Origin: Mobula hypostoma
Lineage: Eukaryota
NCBI RefSeq assembly: GCF_963921235.1
Contig: NC_086109.1
Coordinates: 36,210,001-36,274,000 of the forward strand
Direction of reading: 5' to 3'
Length of the DNA stretch: 64,000 nucleotides
Shown here: piece by piece, positions 1 to 12,114 of the stretch
How the letters are laid out: every line of letters starts with the position of its first letter
Position numbering within the stretch: the stretch's first letter is position 1
Notes under the pieces: generated by a model
What the model saw: only the letters and a program-made list of their open reading frames with translations
Database searches by the model: none
Told to the model about the DNA's origin: nothing
Translations under genes and position numbers: made by a program

Positions 1-1010
1 TGCAGGAGTAGGCCATTTGGCCCTTCGAGCCTGCACCGCTATTCAGTACGATCATGGCTGATCATCCAACTCAGAACCCTGTACCAGCCTTCTCTCCATA
101 CCCCCTGATCCCTTTAGCCACAAGGGCCTTATCTAACTCCCTCTTAAATATAGCCAGTGAACTGGCCTCATCTGTTTCCTGTGGCAGAGAATTCCATAGA
201 TTCACCACTCTGTGTGAAGAAGCTTTTCCTCATCTCGGTCCTAAAAGGCTTCCCCTTTATCCTCAAACTGTGACCCCTCGTTCTGGACTTCCCCAACATT
301 GGGAACAATCTTCCTGCATCTAGCCTGTCCAATCCCTTTAGAATTTTATACATTTCAATCAAATCCCCCCTCAATCTTCTAAATTCCAGAAAGTATAAGC
401 CTAGTCGATCCAATCTTTCATCATATGAAAGTCCTGCCATCCCAGGAATCAATCTGGTGAACCTTCTTTGTACCCCCTCTATGGCAAGAATGTCTTTCCT
501 CAGATTAGGGGACCAAAACTGCACACAATACTCTAGGTGTGGTCTCACCAAGGCCTTGTACAACTGCAGTAGTACCTCCCTGCTCCTGTACTCGAATCCT
601 CTTGCTATTATTGCCAGCGTACCATTCGCCTTTTTCACCGCTTGCTGTACCTGCATGCCAACTTTCAATGACTGGTGTACAATGACACCTAGGTCTCGTT
701 GCACCTCCCCTTTTCCTAATCGGCCACCATTCAGATAATAATCTGTTTTCCTGTTCTTGCCACCAAAGTGGATAACCTCACATTTATCCACATTAAATTG
801 CATCTGCCATGAATTTGCCCACTCACCTAACCTATCCAAGTCACTCTGCATCCTCTTAGCATCCTCCTCACAGCTAACACTGCCACCCAGCTTCTTCTCA
901 TCCACAAACTTAGAGATGCTGCATTTAATTCCCTCATCTAAGTCATTAATATATATTGGAAACAACTGAGGTCCCAGCACTGAGCCTTGCGGTACCCCAC
1001 TAGTCACTGC
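1..1010 (-). mobile_element. CR1-clade LINE, 5'-truncated 3' fragment (RT C-terminus + 3' UTR), running off the window start
   Basis: ORF 168..1172 contains SGVPQGSVLGPQLF, SKFVDE (degenerate FADD), WQMQFNVDKC and LVRPHLEYCVQFWSP. Sequence is nearly identical to 49170-50180. Homology ends abruptly at ~1010. Confidence 0.95.
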
Positions 1011-1890
1011 ATTATATATAGTATAAATAATATAAAATACAGTAAATCGTGTGCACTGTTCAGTAAAGGGCATTGACAATAATGAAACACTTTCAGTTAG
1101 GTGGTTTACTTTGACAGCAACATTCAATGGTCTATGATGCTGTGTAAATATATTAGTTAATCTTTTCTGCACACTTTTTGGTCCAGTATTTTTAGTGGGT
1201 GTGAGTCAGATGTTTTAAACATTAACCTTGGCTGTTAAGTAGCAATCACTCTATTAAGTCTCAGCATAAATTAGAGGGGGATGGAGAATGACCTACTTCT
1301 AAGTCATAAATAAATTTGAAATATAAAAATATTCCATATTTTCATTTAGTATGCTAGGCTATAAAGTTGTAGGAAATAAAAGCAGCATAAACATTTTTGA
1401 GGAACATACCACAAATTAATCTGTTAAATGGCAAAATTATTAACATTAATAGCAAGATATGATCTCTGCTGACAAGATCCTCAGAATAGGCCAGTCCTAC
1501 AAGGTGGAATCAATAGTTACAAGGTGGCTTCTGTTTCTTGCATTTCATGACTATAATTTCATGGAACATCATGACCAGCAGTAGTTTAAAAAGAAACAAA
1601 ATTGGATTGTAGCTTGCATATGCACAAATACAGAAGTTCCAAACTTTTTGTAAATTATCTGCCAGGAATCTCCAACTGTAGTCAAGTGGTGCTCCTTTTA
1701 AGACCTTATAGTTTAACATATTTATTGTTTATTTCTTTTCTCTTTTCTATTTACACAGTTTGTTGTACTTTGCTCATTGGCTGTTTGTCCATCCTGCTGT
1801 TGCCAAATATTGTTTTCTCATGTCATGTTGAATGTCAAAAGTAAGTTCGAAGAATGAAGCCAAAGTGGATTGTAAGATAAATATGAAAGA

Positions 1891-2090
1891 GCAGCACACA
1901 AAAAATGCTGGAGGAACTCAGCAGGCCAGGCAGCATCTATAGAAAAAAAGTACAGTCGATGTTTTGACCCTTTGGCAGGAAACATCGACTGTACTTTTTT
2001 CCATAGATGTTGCCTGGCCTGCTGAGTTTCTCCAGCATTTTGTGTGTGTTGCTCAGATTTCCAGTATCTGCAGATTTTATCTTGCTTGTG
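1891..2090. mobile_element. Miniature palindromic element made of two inverted PLE terminal repeats, with 15-bp TSD
   Basis: Arm ~1891-1964 is the reverse complement of ~1980-2054. A 36-nt unpaired tail lies at 2055-2090. Direct repeat GATAAATATGAAAGA at 1876-1890 and 2091-2105. Arms match the termini of the larger PLEs in the window. Confidence 0.9.
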
Positions 2091-2679
2091 GATAAATATG
2101 AAAGAAGTAGGATTATTTTGTTGCATACAAAGCCAAAGATCTGATACTGAATAACAGCAATCAGGTGTTTCTTGATGGTAAGGTGTGACTTACACATTGT
2201 TCTGGTGGATATGTATTAAAAGCACCATTATACTGTTCCTGCCTTACCTTTTTCGTGAAAGCATCAGTGAAAATCCAGAGAATACCTCACGTTTACATGT
2301 TGTTTTGAATTTAATTGACTATTTCACTTGGACCTGCACTGAAATACTTCCTGAGCTTTTTAAAGCATCTGAAACTTCACACTGAAAATCAGTGCAGATT
2401 ATTTTATTTGACCTGTGTTTAAAAAGACAAATTGAAAATCTGAAAAGCCTTTCCAATGTTCAGACTCTGCACATGTTCATTTTACTTATGGAAGGAAACC
2501 ATTTGACCCACTGAGCTCATGTTGGTTCCCAGCTGGTCAAATCTATGGGTCTCATCCTCCTTTGTCCCATTTCTACCTGTCCTGCAGCATACTCTCACTT
2601 ATATTGCCATCAACTCTTCTTTTGTCAATTACCTACACTAAGAGGCAAATATACAGTGGATATTAACCTACCAGCACAT

Positions 2680-2790
2680 ATTTAAGATGTGGGAGGAAAC
2701 CAGAGTACCTGAGCCAATGGGAAAATGTGAAAACTCCACAAAAAGCATCACCTAAGGTAAGGATTGAGCACAGTGAAGCATTGTAAATTT
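2680..2790 (-). mobile_element. Degenerate SINE remnant (V-SINE/HE1-like)
   Basis: gggaggaaaccagagtacctgag...aaactccaca is the reverse complement of the core seen at 3060-3145. Confidence 0.4.
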
Positions 2791-3002
2791 TTTTTGAGAG
2801 GATATCAGAGTAAAAAATGGCGAACATAATTTCAGAACCATTGTGAAGGGAATGAAACATTATATCAAAGTAGGAAAGTGGGAATTCTCACAGGCCATTC
2901 ATCCTTTTGAGTCTGTTCCACCATTCAAAGTGATCACGGCTGGTTCTCCTTCTCGATATCATAGGCCTTTTCTCACCCCATGTCTTTTGTATCCAGGTCA
3001 GA

Positions 3003-3240
3003 GGGCAACACAGTAGCATAGTAACATGTGTGCCATTATTACAGCTCCGACAACCCAGCTTCAGTTCTGCAGTCTGTAAAGAGTTAATATGTTCTCCCTG
3101 AAACCATGTGTGTTTCCTCCAGATGCTCCTGTTTCTTCCCAAAAACATATGGGTTATTATGTTAATTGTTCATATGAGTGTTATTGTGTGGTGTGGGCTC
3201 ATTGGGATGAAGGTGCCTGTTACTGTGCTGTATCGCTAAA
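3003..3240 (+). mobile_element. Degenerate tRNA-derived SINE (V-SINE/HE1-like)
   Basis: Decayed tRNA-like head (gggcaacacagtagcatagt...cccagcttcagttct) followed by a V-domain-like core tgttctccctgaaaccatgtgtgtttcctccagatgctcctgtttcttccca. Family recognised from memory. Confidence 0.5.
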
Positions 3241-3289
3241 AAATGTTAAATCTATCTTCTTCCTAAGTATATTCAAAAACATGGCTTGA

Positions 3290-3530
3290 TGGTATTTGTG
3301 TTAAAGAATTCCACAAGTTCACTATTCTCATGAAGAAATGTTTCCTCATTTCAGTCTTAAATGTTTTTCCCAAATCCTAACCCTTGGATAATAGACAAGG
3401 GAAACGTTCTCTCTCCATCAAGACTGTGGAGCCCAGTCAGAATTTTGTACATTTCAATGAGATCATTTCTCATTCTTCTACACTCTATTTATCATACACC
3501 TAGTCAATCTAACCACTCCTCATACCAATG
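3290..3530 (-). mobile_element. Old CR1 3' remnant
   Basis: gaattccacaagttcact...tttcctcatttcagtcttaaat...tacatttcaatgagatc parallels 190-420. Confidence 0.6.
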
Positions 3531-3902
3531 ATATATATCAACGCATAAACGTTTTGAAAGGTAGGGCATACTATTGACCATAATTTACTCATTAACATAC
3601 ATGTCATAACCTTCACCTTAGCAGGGGAAGATAAAGTGAGGGAGGTTAACTTATCATTGGTGGACAATTGGTGAGAGATTGAGGGATCAGACCACAGGTA
3701 AGAATCACTGACTCAGTTTCGCATAACAAGAGATAATGTATTTTGATCTGTTTTTGAAGCAAGATGAGATGTTTAAATTGAAACCAATTTCATTATTAGA
3801 CCAATCAGGAATCATTAAAATCACTTAAAGGGAACCAGATGGTGAATAATGAGCAAGAAAACTGTGACAGACTTAGTAATGCTCTTGGCAAATTTAATTA
3901 AT

Positions 3903-4760
3903 GTAGAACATACATAGATCATTGAATACTGCATCACAGCACAGGCCCTTTGGCCTACGGCATTATGGTGACCTTTAGCAAACTCCAAGATCAATCAAAC
4001 ACTTCCCTCCTACATAGCCCTCCACTTTCCTTTTATTCATGCCTACCCGCCACTTTTCAGCCCAGCTCTGCATCCTATCAATGTCTCTTTGTAATCTATG
4101 ACAACCTTCTACACTACCCACATCACCAACCTCCATGTGATCTACAAGTTTAATAACCTAGCCTTCCACTTGCTCATCTAAGTCATTGATAAAAAATCAC
4201 AAAGAACAGGGAGCCTAGAGAGATCTCTGCACAACTTCACTAGCCACAGACCTCTAGGCACAATATGTGCCATCTACTACCACTCTCTGCCTTCTGTGGG
4301 CAAACCAATTCTGAATCCGCACAGCCAAGTTGCCCTGGATCCCATGCCACATGACTTTTGAATGAGCCTACCATAGGAAACCTTATCAAACACCTTAAAC
4401 CACGAAAACATCACATCCACTGTTCCACCTTCATCAATGTGCTTTGTCACACACTCAAAGAATTCAATCAGGCTTGTGAGGCATGATTATCCCTAATCAG
4501 ACTATGCTTCTCTAAATGATCATAAATCCTATCTCTAAGAATCCTCTTCAATGGTTTGCCCACCATTGAATTAAGACCTACTGGTCTATAATTCCTAGGA
4601 TTATCTTGTATAAAAGAATAGCATTTACTGTCCTCCAAATTTCTGGTGCTACTCTGTGACAAGTGAAAATGCAAGATCGTCAACAGCACAACAATCTCTT
4701 CCTCATTCCTGTAGTAACTTAGAATATATCCTGTCCAGCCCAGGGACTTATTGATCTGAA
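3903..4760 (-). mobile_element. Decayed, internally deleted CR1 LINE (3' tail + RT fragments)
   Basis: Tail-like tagaacatacatag followed by acaggccctttggcc. ORF 4468..4689 gives DNPRNYRPVGLNSMVGKPLKRILRDRIYDHLE. Confidence 0.8.
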
Positions 4761-4897
4761 GTCTTTTCTCTTTTTCTTAGTAAATAAACTTGTAAAAATT
4801 GCCAAAATAAATGCAACTACTAGTACTTTGCACTCAAAAATAAGCTCAGAAACATGAATATCTAGATGAAATGTAAATGAGAACTCTTTTTCCCTCC

Positions 4898-5660
4898 ATC
4901 AGAATCAGAATCCTTTATTATCGCCAAGTATGTGGACACATACAGGGAATTTGATGTTGGTTTCCCTGAGCTTTGGCTGTACAGAATCAAAAAGCACACA
5001 AAACAATAGGGCAAATAATCGTGAACTATTTACAGTGAGGTATACCTGTATATGTACAGGTGGACTTGGTTTATAATAGATTAAAATTCAAGTGTTCATA
5101 AGACTGATGGCACACAGAAAGAAACTGTTCTTGTACCTATTTGTTCTGGCTTACAGTGATCTAAAGCGCCTACCAGAAGGAAGGAGTTGGAACAGGTGAT
5201 GTCCAGGGGTGTGATGGGTCTACAATGATACTGCTTGCTTGCTTCTGACTCTAGATGCATATAAGTCCTGGATCGAGGGCAGCTTCACACCAATAATCCT
5301 TTCCGCAGCCCTGACAGTTCTTTGGAGCCTATTCTTGTCTTGTTTGGTAGCTGATCCAAACCAGACAGTGATGGACGAACAGAGAGCAGACTGGATTATT
5401 CCTGAATAGAATTGAATCAGCAGCTCCTGAGGCAGGTTGTACTTCCTGAGTTGACCTAGGAAACACAACCTCTGCTGAGCCTTTTTGATAAGACTGTCCA
5501 TGTTGGGTGTCCACTTCAGGTCCTAGGGGATTGTGACACCCAGAAACCTGAAGGTCTCCACAGCAGACACAGTACTCTTGAGTATAGTGAGTGGGGGGAA
5601 TATTGGAGGGTTCCTCCTGAAGTCCACTGTCATCTCCACAGTCTTGAGCGTATTTAGCTT
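4898..5660 (-). mobile_element. Rex1/Babar LINE 3' fragment
   Basis: ORF 5220..5501 KKAQQRLCFLGQLRK...IIQSALCSSITVWFGS. (ATCAGA)n tail and tttatt at 4898-4920. Confidence 0.85.
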
Positions 5661-6149
5661 ATTCCTTTACCAGTGTCCTGTAAGATAGTTAAACTTTCAT
5701 TTTTTTTTACTCCTGGCTTTAATTTTAATGCCTTTGCAATCATCCACTGTGCCTTAAGCTGCCCGAGTCTTAAGCTCTAGAATTGCTTCTCTGGGATTTT
5801 GGATCATTTCATTTATTTCTCTGCTCCTGTATGGAATTTCTTGGAACCAACCTATTTGACATAACTGTCCAAATGTTTTTTTATATATAGCATGTCATTA
5901 AATTTTGATTGATAACAGCCCCCTGGAGAAACTTTACAATGATTACTTATAGTAAATATACATATAAATGCAAATGTTTGCTGTTCCAAATTTTACATCC
6001 ATAAGTACTATAATAATTCAGAATATTAAACATGAAAAATATTCATTCTGATTTGATGTTATGATATTTCATATACATATCTCTTAAACCTTATGCCAAT
6101 TAGTATCAATAAATAATAATAGACTGGCAAAAAATAATTATGCGCTGAA

Positions 6150-6820
6150 GAAAGTGTAGAGGATATTTACCAGGACATTGCCTAAATTTGAGAACTTCTT
6201 TCATAGGGAGAAATAGGATGGGCTAGGCTAGGCTAGGCTAGGGATAGAGTTTAAGAGTCGCAATGTAATGATGCAGCTCTATAAAACTCTGGTGAGGTCA
6301 CACTTGGAGTACTGTGTCCAGTTCTGGTCACCTCACTATAGGAAGGATGTGGAAGCATTGGAAAGGGTACAGAGGAGATTTACCAGGATGCTGCCTAGTT
6401 TAGAGAGTATGCATTATGATCAGCGATTAAGGGAGCTAGGGCTTTACTCTTTGGAGAGAAGAAGAATGAGAGGAGACATGATAGAGGTGTACAAGATAAT
6501 AAGAGAGATAGATAGAGTGGATAGCCAGCGTCTCTTCCCCAGGGCACCACTGCTTTAAGGACATGGCTTTAAGGTGAGGGGTGGGAGGTTCAAGGGGGAT
6601 GTTGGAGGAAGGTTTTTTACTCAGAGAGTGGCTGGTGCGTGGAATGCACTGCCTGAGTCAGTGGTGGAGGCAGATATACTCATGAAGTTTAAGAGACTAC
6701 TAGACAGGTATATGGAGGAATTTAAGGTGGGTGGTTATATGGGAGGCAGGGTTTCAGGGTCGGCACAACATTGTGGGCCGAAGGGCCTGTAATATGCTGT
6801 ACTGTTCTATGTTCTATGTT
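6150..6820 (+). mobile_element. CR1 3' fragment(s) with (TTCTATG)n tail
   Basis: ORFs 6268..6558 (LVRSHLEYCVQFWSPHYRKD) and 6574..6792. Tail ttctatgttctatgtt at 6805-6820. An older CR1 piece at 6150-6225 precedes it. Confidence 0.9.
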
Positions 6821-6929
6821 CACTGCCACAGAGGAGTATAAAGAGCGACCTGACAGAAGTACAAGTTTAAATTCAAGTTTATTGTTATTCAAATATATAC
6901 GTGTAAACAGCTGAAAGAAATACATTTTG

Positions 6930-7400
6930 TAAGTATATGAAAGGCATGGATAGTGTAGGTGGCCATAGAGTCAGGGATTCATAGAAAAGTACAGCACAGA
7001 AACAAGCCCTTTGGTTCATCTAGTCAATGCTGAACCACTTAAACTGCCTAGTCCCATCAACCTGCTCCTAAACCATAGCCCTCCATACCTTTCCCATACA
7101 TGTATCTATCCAAACTTCTCTTAAATGTTAAGTATCCACTGCCTTTCCTGGTAACGTATAAAATTGGTTTGGGGTTTCAAAAGAACAGGAGAGTGTTTGA
7201 CATCTAGAATGCGCTGTCAGATGAGATGGTGGAATCAGGGCGCTTATTACATTAGGAGAGTCTGAGGCAAACACTTAAATAGACAAGGCGTTGAAGGATA
7301 CAATCCTACTGCTGGCAAATGTAACTAGTGTGGATAGGAGAAAATGTTGGTATGAAATGCTAGGTCATAGGGCCTATCTCTGTACTGTATGACTAGAAAT
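6930..7400. mobile_element. Old CR1 3' remnants (a plus-strand piece interrupted by a short minus-strand tail at ~6980-7140)
   Basis: catagaaaagtacagcacagaaacaagcccttt is a reversed tail. gagtgtttgacatctagaatgcgctgtcagatgagatggtgga resembles the end of CR1 ORF2. Confidence 0.55.
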
Positions 7401-7815
7401 TTAGTGCTGTATGATTGGAAGAAATATGATTGGGAAAATTGTGTAACCTGTGTGGAGATGATACTGTAATGAGTTTAGAAATGTTTGTGATTATTCAGTA
7501 CCAGCTACTGACTTGCAACATCACTTGCAACAAAGTTTTGCAGAAAGACTTCCTCTGCAAGTCATGGAGATCAGTGTAGTTGTTCTTTTACAACAATTTT
7601 TTAAATTCCCAATCACACAATTGGAGCTCACAATCGACTAAGCACATATAAAACTGCATACAGAATTCATACTTACAGCTCAAGGGAATGCGGAATTAAA
7701 GTAGATAGCAAATTTGTGTTTGTATAGTAGTCATACTGCATGTGGTAAAATGCCACTAAAGGAACAATGAGTTGTATTCCTTTATGAACTAGTTTTACCC
7801 CTCTGTGATAGGTCC

Positions 7816-8062
7816 TGTTGTGTATTTAATATTTCAGTTATATTTAAGTAATCTTGAATATGTATACAATGTTTGATTAAGCATTTTTGTTTGTTTAATT
7901 AATTATGAGTTATATGTAAAACTACATTCCATGCATATGTCATCACATTACCATGTGATAGGTTCACATCTTGCTTAAATAAAAAATACACCTCCCATTT
8001 TGGACTCCATGTCTTCATTTGAATTAATTTAATTTAATATTTTGAAGTTACAAAACAGAACA
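7816..8062 (+). mobile_element. Solo LTR (247 bp) with 5-bp TSD
   Basis: Begins TGTTG and ends GAACA. GGTCC at 7811-7815 and 8063-8067. AATAAA at 7978-7983. AT-rich interior. Confidence 0.75.
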
Positions 8063-8152
8063 GGTCCACGTCCAGTTCAGGAAAGGAGTATCAGAGGGGA
8101 AGCAAGAGTCACCTATTTATAGCACCAGATGTAGACTTGCTTACATAGAAGG

Positions 8153-9080
8153 CACAGAAACATAGAAAACCTACAGCACAATACAGGCCCTTCGGACCAA
8201 AAAGTTGTGCTGGACATGTCCCTACCTTAAAAATTACTGGGGTTACTCATAGCCCTCTATTTTTCTAAGCTCCATGTACCTATCCAAAAGTCTCTTAAAA
8301 TACCCCATTGTATCTGCCTCCACCACCGTTGCCAGCAGCCCATTCCATGCACTCACCACTCTCTGCATAAAAAAACTTACCCGTGACATCTTCTCTGTAC
8401 CTACTCCCAAGCACCTTAAACCTGTGTCCTCTTGTGGCAGCTATAACAGCCCTGGGAATAAGTCTCTGACTATCCACACGATCAATGCCTCTCATCATCT
8501 TATACACCTCTATCAGGTCACCCCTCATATTCCGTCGCTCCAAAGAGAAAAGGCTGAGTTCACTCAACCTGTTTTCATAAGGCATGCTCCCCAATCCAGG
8601 CAACATCCTTGTAAATCTCCTCTGCACCCTTTCTATGGTTTCCACATCCTTCCTGTAGTGAGGCGACCAGAACAGAGCACAATACTCCAAGTGGGGTCTA
8701 ACCATGGTCCTATATAGCTGCAACATCACCTCTTGGCCCCTAAGTTCAATTCCACGATTGATGAAGGCCAATACACCGTATGCCTTCTTAACCACAGAGT
8801 CAACCTGCACAGCTGCTTTGAGCGTCCTATGGACTCGGACCCCAAGATCCCTCTGATCCTTCACATCACCAAGAGTCTTACCACTAATACTATATTCTGC
8901 CATCAATATTTGACCTACCAAAATGAACCACTTCATACTTAGCTGGGTTGAACTCCATCTGCCACTTCTCAGCTCAGTTTTGCATCCTATCAATGTCCTG
9001 CTGCAACCTCTGACAGCCCTCCACACTATCCACAAACCCCCAACCTTTGTGTCATCAGCAAACTTACTAACCCATTTTTC
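8153..9080 (-). mobile_element. CR1 LINE 3' fragment
   Basis: ORF 8295..9035 QRDLGVRVH...MVRPHLEYCALFWSPHYRKD. Reverse strand at ~9040-9065 encodes VSKFADDTK. Reversed tail at 8153-8170. Confidence 0.9.
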
Positions 9081-10249
9081 TACTTCTGGAATGAAATGGG
9101 AACAGCCAAATGATACAGCCCAATATTATATTAAGGATGTTGCACATTGCATTTAATGGAGAATCAAACACCTAACTTGCAAGAAGCTGTACCAGCACTT
9201 AATTAAATTGTGTAGAACACACAACACGATTAATAAAACACATCTGCTGAATTTATCAATTTATTCTATTATATATTAATTTGTTTAGTGTTCTCAAAAT
9301 TAATGAATTTTATATTAAATCTTATTTGATACTCAAATCTGAAACGTGCCACTTATAATAATTTTCATGTAGATTTTGTGCATTAGAGATCTAAGGTTTT
9401 ACTTTCCGGGGAGGGTAAAATTCATTGTCATTAAGATTAACAAAACTAGATAGTTTTAACTTTGTGCCTTAAATCACAGAGAAAAGAGTCAAGGTCATTC
9501 TCTACTACTTGTATTAATTGACCAAAGGCAAATTTCACTTAAAATTGCAGTTCTCTCTCCTTTGAAATTATGAGATTAATTTTTCACTGTGAGTTATGCA
9601 TTTATAGAAGTAACTGTACTTGGAAAGGAGTAATTGCAGAAATTCACTGATTCATCCACAGTAAGATTTTTAGGTTGGCAGACGGTCACATTGGAATAGA
9701 GGAAAAACAGATGGCATAACGGGAGCGATAAATGTAATTCTCATTATGACAGCAATAATCACTTAAACTGAATCAAATGTTATTATTTTATTTGAAAACA
9801 GAAATGCTTTTTAAATTATTGCATATTAAATGTCCAACAAAAAGAGCTTTTTCTTTCTGTCAGGATAAGTTTAACAAAAATGGAATGGATTGTTCAACAT
9901 TGTTTATCAGATATAACACTAGATGAATTAAAACTGTTTTTCCCTTGTTCCAATATAAAATGAAAATCAACATTTTGACGTCTGTATTGTGAATTGTATG
10001 AATGTCTATGTGACACAAATATTGTTCCAAAGGCATCAATGCAATATTCTGAGGAATGTTTCAATCTAAGTGATAAGGGAATAATCAAGTTTGGGAACAA
10101 TTTCAAGCTATGCTTCGGGTAAAACTATATAAAAAAACATAATTTATTCAAGCAGATGTAGGTTTCTTGGGGAGTGGAACCATAAAATGGTAGCAATGCT
10201 TAAGAGAAAAATGCCTTGGAGTCCTTGTTGGATTTGACCGAGGGATTTG

Positions 10250-12114
10250 GTGTGAATAAAAGCAGGAATGATGAGTCTGGAGCCCTTTAGCAGCAAAGTA
10301 TCAAGAATGATGAGTGTGTCTCAAGCCAGTAAGGTCTGAGTTTGTGAGCTCCTTTTGGAACACAAAGCCATCCAGCCTCACAGTGTTGCATGACTTTGGT
10401 GCAGATTTTGTCCTTCTTCAACTCAGCACAGACTTAACCCAGTTTACTCTGTGAGGCAGGAAAGCTTTCATGTATCTGAGCTAAGTAAACATTGGTATCT
10501 TCCATGAGGGTGGAGTCAGCTTCTGTCCACTCACTTTTGGATGACATTCTCGACAGAATGTTTGGTGCTGTGAAAGATTTGCCAGGGACATGTTCAAAGT
10601 CATAACAATATTGCATAAGCCTTATTCTGAATCTTTGCAGAAGTGGAGGTAAGTTATTGAATGGTTCGTGCTAAGGAGGCTGACAAGTGGATTACGGACT
10701 GCTTCAAATAGGAACTTTGTGCCTATCAAGTAGCAGTTAAAGTGTTCTCAAGCCCATGCACGAGCCCGTGTGTTCTTTTTGATTTGGGTGGAATATTGTT
10801 CAGCAGGAGTCAGTGCTCTTGATGCATGTGTCACCAGTTTCCATACACCACTGCAGTATTGCATGAACACTTCCCCTAGGCAAAAGAAAGAGGCATCTGC
10901 TAAGACCTTAGTTGCTTTGCTCAGATCAAAGAATGCCAATGTTGCCAGAGAGATAAGTTCTGCGTTAAGTGATGAGAATGATTTCTCCCGTGGTGTGTCC
11001 CAGGTCCCAATATTTCTCTAAGAGAGGAGGTCATGTAGTGGCTTTGTTTTCTCTGCCAAATCTGGAATGAACTTGCCCAGCTGGTTTACCATGCCTAGGA
11101 AACTGATGATCTCTGATACATTGGTAGGCTGTTCCATGTTCTGAACTCCTGCCAGTTCGTTTGAATCTTGTTGCGCTCCCTCTGTGGACAGTTGGTGGCC
11201 TAAGAACTTCACCTCCAACTTTGCATATTCGCATTTCTTTTTATTAACTTATAATTGGATGGATATATGGACAAGAAAGGAATGGAGGGTTATGGGCTGA
11301 GTGCAGGTCGGTGGAACTAGGATAGGGTAAGAGTTCGACACGGACTAGAAGGGCCAAGATGGCCTGTTTCTATGCTGTAATTGTTATGTGGTTATAGGGT
11401 TATATGGTGATTCCAGCCTGTTCCAGTTTCTTCAAGGTAGATTCCATTCTTGTGTCATGATCCTCACTATCAACCAGGTGGCTGACAACTCTTTCCAGTC
11501 CCACCAAATTTTTGTTCAACCTCATCTGAAACAGTTCAGGGGCTGATGAAATGCAGAAAGGGAATCTCTTGAATGCATAGCATGCATATATTGTCATAAT
11601 GTTTGTAAGCTTCTGTGACTCAGGAGCTAAATGGATCTGCCAGGAACTTGAGTTTGCATCTAGTTTGGTGAAGAACTTTGCTCCACTCTGCATACTCAGT
11701 GTAGCTGAGTAGAGGGCAGAATAAACTTCTCTCGCCTTATTGCATTGTTCAGTTGTGTTAGGTCAACACAGATCCTCACTGTGCCATCCGGCATGAGAAC
11801 AGGAACAATGCCAGCACACCAATCAGTAGGCCACTCGCTCTAGTTCCGATGTCAAGCACTTCCATTCTCTTAAGTTCAGCTTTGACTTTCTTCATCAATG
11901 GGACTGACATATGCCTTGCTACGGTCAGATAGGAGGGCATCACTCCTAGCCTTAGTTGGATAAAGTACTCTTCTTTCAGTACCCCCAGGCCTGTGAACAG
12001 CTCTGGGGACTTCTCCTGCCACTGGTCGTTGTTTAGTGAATCCAGCCTTGCAATGAAGTTTGGCTTCTCGATGGCATGTTATCCCAGGAGAGGTGAAAAG
12101 AGATTCTGAACAAT
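10250..12114 (-). mobile_element. Decayed Ty3/Gypsy LTR retrotransposon pol (RT, RNase H)
   Basis: ORF pieces: GAKFFTKLDANSSSWQIHL...FKRFPFCISSAPELFQ (11400..11693); EVKFLGH...SFLGMVNQLGKFIPDLAEKTKPLHDLL (11018..11218); LAFFD...VLADAS...ASRALTPAEQ (10748..10939); FEHVPGKSFTAPNILSR (10434..10616). Many stops and frameshifts. Confidence 0.9.
11252..11396 (+). mobile_element. Very short CR1 3' end inserted in the Gypsy RT
   Basis: ttggatggatatatggac...ggttatgggctgagtgcagg...gaagggccaagatggcctgtttctatgctgta interrupts the RT between LEQAGIT and NKKKCEY. Confidence 0.7.
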
